DNA of 64,000 nucleotides from the NCBI GenBank assembly GCA_951406725.2, contig OX597820.1, positions 87,048,001 through 87,112,000 on the forward strand. Direction: 5' to 3'. The position numbers and the translations under genes are program-made. The notes beneath the pieces are model-generated. The model did no database searches. It saw nothing but the letters and a program-made list of their open reading frames with translations, and had not been told where the DNA came from. Each line of letters starts with the position of its first letter. Within the stretch, counting starts at the first letter, position 1. Below, one piece after another: positions 52,920-64,000 of the stretch. Origin of the DNA: Octopus vulgaris (taxonomy: Eukaryota).

Positions 52920-53582
52920 CACGCGTGTATGTGTGTGTACATATATGTATTATATATATAGACATACACATACACACCTCACACATACTGCATGCGCACA
53001 CATGTATCCATAAAGCAAACAGTAGGATCCGAACAAGTGTAATAACTATCTTAATTGAAAATGTTTATAAACAGTTGAAAAGCGGAAAAAATTAGGAACG
53101 GACATGCCGAAAACACAACCCACCCCTTTTGTTTTATTTATTTTTTTATTTGAAAGATTTCCTGAGAATCCTACGTTTTCAAGAACGAAGATTACAATTT
53201 TCTCCAAGAGCAGCGTTTTAACCTTTAAAATACCCACTTTTCCATCGAGAAAAAAAAAAGTGATTTTCAGATTTTCAAAAAAAACATTTTGTGAACTCCC
53301 AGTTGAAAAATACTGAGTTTACGATGTTCTGGAATAAACGAAATTAACTTCAATGTTGAAATACCCCGCTCCGCCTCTCGGCTTTCGGAATACTCACTTT
53401 ACCCTCCTACGAAAATTCCAGATGATTTTAAACTTGACTGCTCATTTTCACATGCATGCATGCTTATCGAGCAATTAGACCAAATATAGAATGTCTCAGT
53501 ATGGTCACTCGACATACTCGAAATAACAGCCCAAATCCTGAAAAATAATTCTATTTCCAAAATTCTTGTTTTGTTTTTAACA

Positions 53583-53891
53583 TAATATTTACGCCATATC
53601 GCCGTGGGTATATGGCGTAGTGGTTAAGAGCGCGGGCTACTTACCCCAAGGTTCTGAGTTCGATTCCAGGTAGTGACCTGAATACTAATATTAATAATAA
53701 TAATAATAATAATAACATCGAAAAATACCTTAGGAATGAGAACCCAGGTTCGAAATTTCCCTAAGACACCTGATGAAGGCTGGAGGGTATATCAGCCTAA
53801 ACGTTGTGTTAACAACAAATAAGATGAGGACAAATATCCGTCAAATGTAAATAATGTACATAATTCCTCATCTCTTAAATATAGAACTGTA
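53583..53891 (+). mobile_element. SINE-like element: tRNA-derived head, (AAT)n, hammerhead-containing tail; 12-bp TSD
   Basis: A box TGGCGTAGTGG (53613), B box GAGTTCGATTCC (53656), HHR motif 53765-53810. TTGTTTTTAACA at 53571-53582 and 53892-53903. Confidence 0.8.
53765..53810 (+). ncRNA. Minimal type I hammerhead motif with one core mismatch (G12>U)
   Basis: GACAC-CUGAUGA-A-GGCUG-gagggUaUaU-CAGCC-UAAA-CG-UU-GUGUU. Stems I and II pair, and stem III is the palindrome AACGUU. Confidence 0.7.
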
Positions 53892-54409
53892 TTGTTTTTA
53901 ACACTCCGTCCTTTAGACTTTCGGAATAATGATATCAGCTTCAAAGAAATATTAGCTCAGTTGATAAATAAAGTTTGCATTCATATAATAATGTTTTCTT
54001 TACCATAGTTTTGGACAAGAATTAAATGTTTTTAAATTGTCTGTTAAAACAATACAAAGTACCATTTAAACCTCCAGCACAACGTAGTAATTAAATGTGA
54101 ACGTGTAAAGTAAAAGATTCATTACTTTTCTCAATATAGTCTTCACAGATTCTTATATAAACTTGCAATTGGTTCCTCCTCCCAACGAAAACGTTCCCAA
54201 GCACTTGGTTCGTTTCTTAATCTTCAATTACAATTCCATTCAACTCTAGAATACGTTATATCAACAATATTTTTCATAAGGGAAAATATTTTTCATATAT
54301 ATGTACAATATTTTTCATAAGGGGCATAGGGATGTTGAGAGGATTGAAAAGGTGGGGACAACTCACCATGTTACAGTCAAATAGGCAATAATATCCCGTC
54401 AGTTCAAAG

Positions 54410-54855
54410 TCGCAAGCTGGCACAAACATTAGCATGCCAGACCAAATGCTTAGCAGCATTTCGTTCGTCTTCATGTTCTGAGTTCAAATTCCACCGAGGT
54501 CGACTTTGCCTTTTATCCTTTCGGAATCGATAAAATAAGTACCAGTTGAACACCGGGATCGATGTAATAGACCTACCCACTTCCCCGAAATTACTAGCCA
54601 TGTGCCAAAATTTGAAACTTATCTTGTTAACTCAGAAATGACACTTTCTATTATAGGCCCAAGGTCTGGAATTTTGGAGGAGGAGGTTAGTCGCTTTTAT
54701 CGATGACAGTTCTTGACTAGTGCTTATTTTACGGATGCCAAAAGAATTAAAGGTAAAGTCGACCACAGCGGAATTAGAACTCTGAACGTAGAACTGGAAA
54801 AAAAAAATACTGCTAAAGTATTTTGTCCGACTTAGTAACGATTCTGTCAGCTAGA
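54410..54855. mobile_element. Tail-to-tail pair of SINE family B copies
   Basis: Plus copy at 54410-54620, minus copy at 54643-54855. Confidence 0.85.
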
Positions 54856-55469
54856 TGTCAACTCACATTATAATGCGAGATAAATGATTTTAGTGAGATA
54901 TACGTTCTACAACGTAAAATGAAAATTTACCCCGACTAGAGACAAAAGGTTTGGAATCTCTGCCGATAAAGTTATGGATATCCAACAAACTTCGGCTCTT
55001 GAAACTCCTACGCTAACACACGTCTTCTATAATGCTTAACCAACAAACTTCCATTCCTCAAAGGGTACAAAATTTGATTAATCATTCCCAAGCTCAGCAT
55101 TAAACATAAGATGTAATTTCACTTAGACATTGACATGAGAGTGTGCCATGGGGGCAGGGACAGAAAATGGCCCTTCAAATTTAACATTACCAACATTCTG
55201 CCAATGTTCCGCATATTCTTCACAGTAATTTCTTTACTACTTTTTCCACCCCAACCTTTGAAATTTAACATTAGCAATATTCTGCCGCTTGACGTTAAGT
55301 TTTTCCGACCGTTTCCCATCCCCACACAAAGGGCATATTTAAATTCATCGTTTGATTTTACTTTCGATGCAACAGTTTTAAGACTCCACATTATTTCTAG
55401 GATCAATTAAGAATATTATCACTACTGCATCGATAAGTCAGTAATTTTCATACGAGCATATATACACTC

Positions 55470-56111
<642 letters not shown>

Positions 56112-56419
56112 TACAGGCGCAGGAGTGACTGTGTGGTAAGAAGTTTGCTTCCCAACTACATAGTTTCGGGTTCAGTCCCACTGGGCCGACCAAAGACTTG
56201 TGAGTGGATTTGGTAGATGGAAGATGAAAGAAGCTCGTCGTATGTATGTGTGTGTGTGTGAGAGAGAGAGAGATTTACCCTTTTGTTTTCTTTATCTATT
56301 GTCAAGCCAGCGTTTCTGTTACCGGGAGCCTGATTATTTGGACAATTAAACGTGAGATGTTTCGAGTCCTAAGAGTGTCCCAATTTTTCTGAAGATGAAG
56401 GACTGCCTTGTGGAGTTTC

Positions 56420-57200
56420 GTTACGTTTCTATATGTTCAGAGTTCAAATTTCGATGGGGTTTGTATTGCCTTTCATTGTCGGTATTAATGTGGCAAGCTG
56501 GTACAGTCAATCGTTAGCAAAATGCTTAGCCGGGCAAAATGCTTAGCCGGGCAAAATGCTTAGCGGTATTTCGTCCATCATTACTTTCTGCGTTCAAATG
56601 TAACTGAAGTCGACTTTGCCTTTCATCCTTTTGGGATCGATAAAATAAGTATCAGTTATCATCTGGAGTTAATGTAATCGTCTTAACCCGTCCCCGAACT
56701 TGCTGGCCTTGTGCCAAAATTTGAAACTGAAATTAATGTGAACTTTAATGAGACGAGCTGCATTTCGTCAGTCCTTACATTCTGAGTTCAAATTCCGCTG
56801 AGGTCGACTTTGCTTTCTATCCTTTCAGGGCCGATGAAATGAGTACGAGTAAGGCACTGAAACCGATTTAGTCGACAAGACCCTTTCCCTAAAATGTCAG
56901 GCCTTGTACCTATAAGAAAAATGATTTTAATGTAACCTTTTAAGCCGATCTGACTAGCCGGCAGTATCGGTAGCAGCGCTGGACAAAATACTTTACGTTT
57001 TCCTTTTTTTACGACTTTACGTTGAGTTCATTTTACGTCCTTTACGTCCCGAGTTCGCTTTACGTCCGCCGAGGACGACTTTGCCTTTCATTCTTTTGGA
57101 GTCGATAAAAAAAATGTACTTGTTGAGCACTGGAGTCTCTGTAATCAACTTAACCCCGCTCCACAAAACTTCAGGCCTTGTGCCAATAGTGGAAAAGATA
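56420..57200 (+). mobile_element. Head-to-tail cluster of four or more SINE family B copies
   Basis: Repeated gttcaaat...gtcgactttgcctttcatcctt motif; 17-bp x3 duplication at 56517-56565. Confidence 0.85.
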
Positions 57201-57235
57201 TCATGCGACCTTTAACCTAAGATAGATCTAACTTA

Positions 57236-57690
57236 ACCCCCTTCGTTTTTCTTCCCACCGCTCTCTCTACCTTTGGTCTTCTTTCATTCCTCATCGCAAA
57301 ACGTAATTACGAGATTTTTTCATATATTTCTTTCCTTTTCCTGCTTCGACATTCTCTACCCTTGTTCCTCCTCCTCCTCCACCTCCTCTCCCTCTTCTCT
57401 CCCAATCTCTCCTTCCCTCCAGCCATCTCTGCTTCCCTCTACTTATCTTTCCTTCTCTTTCCTTACCTCTCCTCTCTCTCTATCGTTTCTTTCTCTCTCC
57501 GCTTCTCTTTTTCTCTCCCGTTTTTCTGTTTTTCTGTCTCTTCCTTTCTGCCCCTTTCTGTCCCCCTCACCCCATCCCTTTCCCTTCTCTTTCTCCCTTC
57601 CCCCCTTTCTTTCTACCTTTTCCTTTTTTCTTTCTCACCTTTCTTCCTATTCTCTCTCTCCCACTCCCCTTCTCTCTCTTATCTACTTTA
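57236..57690. repeat. Polypyrimidine low-complexity tract
   Basis: Nearly pure C/T from ~57360 to 57685. Confidence 0.9.
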
Positions 57691-57736
57691 ACTTGTAACA
57701 CGACTGCATGATTTCCACATTAATATTCTCTCCTTC

Positions 57737-58135
57737 AAGGCGACGAGCTGGGCGAAACGTTAGCACGCCGGGTGAAATGCTTAGCCGTATTTCGTCTGCC
57801 GTTACGTTCTGAGTTCAAATTCCACCGAGGTCGACTTTGCCTTTCATCCCTTCGGGGTCGATAAATTAAGTACCAGTTACGCACTGGGGGTCGATGTAAT
57901 CGACTTAATCCGTTTGAGTGTCCTTGTTTGTCATCTCTGTGTTTAGCCCCTTGTGGGTAGTAAAGAAATAAGTATTTCATCTGTCTTTACATTCTGAGTT
58001 CAAATTCCGCTGAAGTCAACTTTGCCTTTCATCCTTTCAGAGTCGATAAATTAAATACTAATTGCGTACTGGGGTCGATCTAATCGAGTGGCCCCCTCCC
58101 CCAAAATTTCGGGCCTTGTGCCTAGAGTAGAAAAG
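57737..58135 (+). mobile_element. SINE family B dimer with ~13-bp TSD
   Basis: Junction taaagaaata|agtatttc at ~57970. aatattctctcct (57722-57734) and aatattccctcct (58136-58148). Confidence 0.85.
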
Positions 58136-58954
58136 AATATTCCCTCCTCGTTAGGGCTGCGATACAGAACGCTTACCAGCATTCCGTCCATTTTTACTTT
58201 CTGCGTTCAAATGTCGCCGAGGGACGACTTTGTCTTTCATCCCTCTCCAGGTCGATAAAATGAATACCAGCCAAACACTTAGGTCCATGTAATCGACTTA
58301 CCCCATCCCCGAAATTTCTGGCCTTGAGCCAAAATTTGAGACCGATATTCGTTTTCGTTCACACACACACACTCTTGTACACATAAACATACGCAAATAT
58401 ATACATAAAGCCATTCAACCCCACCTCCACAGTATCTCCCACGCATTCCTATCCCCATACATAATCCCCATCTTTCTTTTCTAAAATGGCGTATAGTTCT
58501 TTGTACTTGGTTACGTTATCGTATTGGACTATCCTGGGAATCATTCGAAACTCTCCCATTGAAACTCATTATTATATCTATCTTTTATCTTTCACATATT
58601 TCAGTCATTGAACTGGGCGGACGCACACAAACCAATTCCTGTTGTTATATATATATATATATACATACACCCACACATCACACACACGAACGTATAGGCA
58701 CACATATGCTTGTATATATGTGTGTATGTGTGCGTGTGTGTGTACACACACAGATATATACACATACACACATACATACATATACATACAAGGCGAGCTT
58801 CTATCATTTTCCGTTTGCAAAATCTTCCTCATCACAAGACTTTGGTCGGCCCAGGAATATAATGAAAGGTACATACGCAAGTGCCACGCAATGGCACTGA
58901 ACCTGTGACTGGGAAAGAAGCTTCTTACCACACAGTCATCCTTTTTCTAAACTC

Positions 58955-59029
<75 letters not shown>

Positions 59030-59042
59030 CATCATCATCATC

Positions 59043-59079
<37 letters not shown>

Positions 59080-59112
59080 TAATAATAATAATAATAATAA
59101 TAATAATCCTGT

Positions 59113-59581
59113 TATAAAAGATGGGCTACAGCAAATATTCTGCTCAATACCACAGATTTGCTTGTCAGTTATTTGACCTTAACCAGTTGAGCATGTCCCT
59201 TAGTGGCTGATAATATGGGCATCTCTGATCACGAACAGAAGTAGTAGGGGAACATCATAGCCACGTGTTAAGAAGAATTCTTTGGGGTTTAAATAATTCA
59301 TCTCTGGAAACATGAGTGTTTCGTTCAACATCCTTAAACAGGTCTTATTCGGGGACCTTATGAGCAGGATGGGTTACTCAACCTGAAGAAATGTCTAACT
59401 GGTCCCCACCTGCAAGGTCACGCGCTGTTTATCTTGATAGGAGATCACCATGACGTGCACATATAGCTGTGATACATGTGCCTGGTTTCCCCTTATCAAA
59501 CAAGTAGTCATGATGGGTATACTGGGCTTCGTATAAATTACTCCCAGTGTCATTTTGATGGCATGCACTGCTCTCTCCCTC
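59113..59581 (+). mobile_element. Second copy of the (AAT)n-associated repeat seen at 20749-21293
   Basis: Direct homology; (AAT)n on both sides. Confidence 0.85.
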
Positions 59582-59646
<65 letters not shown>

Positions 59647-59647
<1 letters not shown>

Positions 59648-60198
59648 TTCTACTGGAAGCACAATGCCTCAACTAGAAGCACAAGGCCTCAGTGCGTAAC
59701 TGGTACTAAATTTATCGACCTCCAAAAGATGAAAAGCAAAGTCGACTCCGGCAGCATTTGAACTCAGAACACGAAGACAGACGAAATACCTATTTCTTTA
59801 CTACCCACAAGGGGCTAAACACAAAGAGGACAAACAAGGATAGACAAAGGGATTAATATCGACCCCAGTGCGTAACTGGTATTTATTTAATCAACCCCGA
59901 AAGGATGAAAAGCAAAGTCGACCGCGGCGGAATTTGAACTCAGAAAGTAACGGCAGACGAAATACCTATTTCTTTACTACCCACAAGGGGCTAAACACAG
60001 AGGGGACAATCAAGGACTGACAAACGGATTAAGCCGATCACATAAACCCCGGTACGTAACTGGTACTTAATTTATCGACCCCGAAAGGATGAAAGGCAAA
60101 GTCGACCTCGGCGGAATTTGAACTCAGAACGTAACGGCAGACGAAATACGGCTATGCATTTCGCCCGGCGTGCTAACGGTTCTGCCAGCTCGCCGCCT
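59647..60198 (-). mobile_element. SINE family B tandem trimer
   Basis: Junction gacgaaatac|ctatttctttactacccacaagggg at ~59789 and ~59965; a single head at ~60150-60198. Confidence 0.9.
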
Positions 60199-60244
60199 TA
60201 ATACTAATAACAACAACTACAACAACAGCAACAACAACAACAGC

Positions 60245-60350
<106 letters not shown>

Positions 60351-60839
60351 AACAAAAATAACAAAATATATTGATTTATCACATCGCAACTACTGCTTGC
60401 CATGCCTATTGTTAAGTGAAATTCTAGTGTCCTACACAAACTCTTGCTCTCCACTCACACTCAACATCTCCGTCTACTTTTACTTTCATATCTTTATTCT
60501 CAACAAGTTATTATATCAATATTGAGTAATAAGTTGGCGCAGGAGAGGTGGCAAGAGACAATGGTGGAATATAGTAGTCAATGTTAGTGTCTGCAGGTTG
60601 CTGAATGAGCGTGTGTGTATGTGTGAGTGTGTGTGTGTGTGCTTGTGAGTGTGTGTGCACGCGCACGCACGCACGAACGTACTGAGGTAATGTATAACTG
60701 GAGAAGTGTGGTAGTGGTGTTTTTGTGAGTTGCTGCATTTGTGTGGGGGTAGGAATTGTATGTTATGTATGTGAGGGTATATATGCGGGCACGTCTCCGT
60801 GCGTGTGTGAGCGTGGGGGTACGTTGTGCGTGTTTTCAC

Positions 60840-60905
<66 letters not shown>

Positions 60906-61122
60906 CGTATTGTAGTTCTGTGTGTGGTGTTCTTGAGTGTTGTTACAAACATACATGCGTGTATATGTGTATGTACATTATCTATCTGCTTGTCTGTCTG
61001 TCTCTCTGCCTTCCTGTAATGTGCGTACATGTCTGTCCGCCCTGTCTGGCTCTCACTCTCTTGGCATAAATATAATATAATATATATATGTATATATATA
61101 TGTGTGTGTGTGTGTATGTACA

Positions 61123-61153
<31 letters not shown>

Positions 61154-61186
61154 ACACCCACACACAGTATACAGTATATATACATG

Positions 61187-61227
<41 letters not shown>

Positions 61228-61317
61228 TCGGGGTGAGTACTTGTTAATTATAAGCACCTGTGTATACCGTTTGGTGGTGTAGGTGGTGGAGTAAATTGAT
61301 CAAAATAAAATAAAAAC

Positions 61318-61457
61318 ATGATGCGAAGGATTCAGCGGTACATATGTTTCGGGCCTTTATTAGACAGATTTATAACAATGCATAATACATCATGCATTGT
61401 TATAAATCTGTCTAATAAAGGCCCGAAACATATGTACCGCTGAATCCTTCGCATCAT
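61318..61457. repeat. Perfect 66-bp-arm palindrome with 8-nt loop
   Basis: 61318-61383 is the exact reverse complement of 61392-61457; loop aatacatc. Imperfect A/T extension outside the arms. Confidence 0.95.
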
Positions 61458-61466
61458 TTTTATTTT

Positions 61467-61511
<45 letters not shown>

Positions 61512-61737
61512 TTATAAAATATTTATCTGTAACCATATATTTTTATATAGTATATATTGTATGTTTGCGCGTTTGTAGATATGTTCGCGCGCGCACACAC
61601 ACACATACATATATACTTATATATTATATATAAATATTCGTATGAATTTATATATATTAATATCATATATAAATATTATATATAGTATATTCTCTGTGTG
61701 TGTGACTGTCTCTATACATGTATACATATATATATAT

Positions 61738-61795
<58 letters not shown>

Positions 61796-62296
61796 ATACA
61801 TATAGTTAGATATATTATAAAATATTAACCTTTTATCATATATATCTATATATTATATATAGAATTTTGTGTGTGTTGTGTGTATTCGCGTGGGAGTGTA
61901 TATATATATATAAGGCATTTATTTCAAAATACGCCAGCTAAGGTAAGTTAAACTGTCTAAAGTCGTAAGACACCCACTGATTTTGTCCTGTTAGCACTAT
62001 TCTTGTTTTTCATTTTTGTTTTTTGTATTTATATTCGTGTGGCATCGTCCGTTTTTCTGTCCTTGTTTCGTATACATTCGATCCTTTTTCCAAGAAATCT
62101 AATGCTCGCAGCTTAGTTTTTCCTTGGGGCTGGCCGGATCGGAGCGATATCAGGATTAATCAGCCGAAATTGCTAGGATGATCCGGTTCCTGACTGAAGA
62201 TTAGAGGCTTCGAATGACCCGTCCGTTTTTTATGTCGTCTCTTTGTGTGTTTTGCGTTCTTGTCCCATTTTGTATTTTTATATATAATTTTTATAC

Positions 62297-62417
<121 letters not shown>

Positions 62418-62820
62418 AGTATGCATGTTTGCCTGTATGTATGTGTGTGTGTTTCTGTGTATGTATATCTATACACACGCGCGCGAACACACACAGACGC
62501 GAACACGCACCCGCGTGAACTCATACGAGAAGTAAAATTTACTCGCACGAGGAGAAGCTCGAAGTCCCATTTAACGTATGCATTTCACAATGCCTTTGGT
62601 TCTACTCACAGTATTGATTCCCTCCGCTAGTGAATGTTCCTTAATATCTAAACTTGCTGTATAATGGTAACCTTAGCTGAACACTTACACACAAACATTC
62701 ACGTGTGTGTGTGTGATTGGGCACGCGTCCGAGTGCATGTGCTTATATATGCACACACAAATATATATATCAATGTATGTGTGTATATATATATATAATG
62801 CATGTGTATGTATATGTATG

Positions 62821-62893
<73 letters not shown>

Positions 62894-63184
62894 TAAAATA
62901 AATAATATATATGCATATGCATATATACATACATATATGTACATACCTACACATATATGTATATATACATGCATACATGGGTACAGGACGTCAAAAAAAA
63001 CGTGAACTAAATGAAAAACGAGAACAAAAAACAACAAAAACATGGAAAATGAACATTTTTTTCGGACAACGAAAGAAACAGAGAAACAATCCCTTCATCA
63101 GTTGTCCCCTATTTTATCTACTCCGTGTACATATATGTATGTGTATGTGTGTGTGTGTGTATATATATATATAGAGAGAGAGAG

Positions 63185-63245
<61 letters not shown>

Positions 63246-63867
63246 CATACATACATACATACATACATACATACATACATACATACATACATACATACAT
63301 ACATACACACACGTATACATATAGGCGCGGGCGCGGACTAGCCAGCGTGGTGAGAAGCTTCTTTCCCAATCACATGGTTCCGGGTTCTGCACCACTGCGT
63401 GGCACGTTGAGCAAGTGTCTTCTGCTATACCCGCGTGCTGACGAAAAACTTGTGATTTGATTTGGTAGACGGAAACTGAAAGTGCCCGAAGTATATATAC
63501 ATATCTCTTTTACTTGTTTCAGTCATTTGACTGCGGCCATGCTGGAGCACCGCCTTTAGTCGAGCAAACGACCCCGGGACTTATTCTTTGTAAGCCCAGG
63601 TACTTATTCTATCGGTCTCTTTTTGCCGAACCGCTAAGTGACAAGGACGTAAACACACCAGCATCGGTTGTCAAGCGATGGTGGGGGGACAAACACAGAC
63701 ACACAAACATATACACACACATACATATATATATACATATATACGACAGGCTTCTTTCAGTTTCCGTCTACCAAATCCACTCACAAGGCATTGGTCGGCA
63801 CGAGGCTATAGCAGAAGACACTTGCCCAACATGCCACGCAGTGGGACTGAACCCGGAACCATGTGGT

Positions 63868-63913
<46 letters not shown>

Positions 63914-63932
63914 GTATATATATATATATATA

Positions 63933-64000
<68 letters not shown>

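Noticed and set aside
51290-53460. Possible DNA-transposon fragments (also 12597-12850, 35990-36480, 54890-55110)
   Set aside because: Composition is suggestive, but I could not identify paired TIRs, TSDs or coding motifs.

Overview
AT-rich, repeat-dominated animal genomic DNA. The microsatellite density and the SINE/LINE families look like octopus or another coleoid cephalopod; this is recognition from memory, not a search. No intact host protein-coding gene is supported. Almost all ORF-track entries are microsatellite or SINE translations. The real coding remnants are transposon relics: R4/Dong-clade LINEs (best copy ~27.5-29.2 kb), L1/Tx1-type LINE pieces (18.0-19.5 kb and 23.2-24.7 kb), a hAT Charlie/Buster-like transposase relic, an internally deleted TIR transposon and a Helitron fragment. 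Dozens of tRNA-derived SINEs, a tRNA-Ile(AAT) pseudogene, a MITE with internal TTAGGG repeats and a degenerate ~29-bp satellite are also present. A candidate minus-strand promoter and non-coding first exon lie at 47.17-47.95 kb. The most interesting signal is a set of hammerhead-ribozyme (HHR) motifs in short, mostly (TA)n-embedded elements: one with a fully canonical core (4208-4296, minus), several minimal Penelope-type variants, and one fused behind a tRNA-like Pol III head in a TSD-bounded SINE-like unit (53583-53891). A SINE family that inserts as fixed-junction multimers and two long fold-back palindromes are also notable. Element boundaries are approximate unless a TSD or TIR is quoted.
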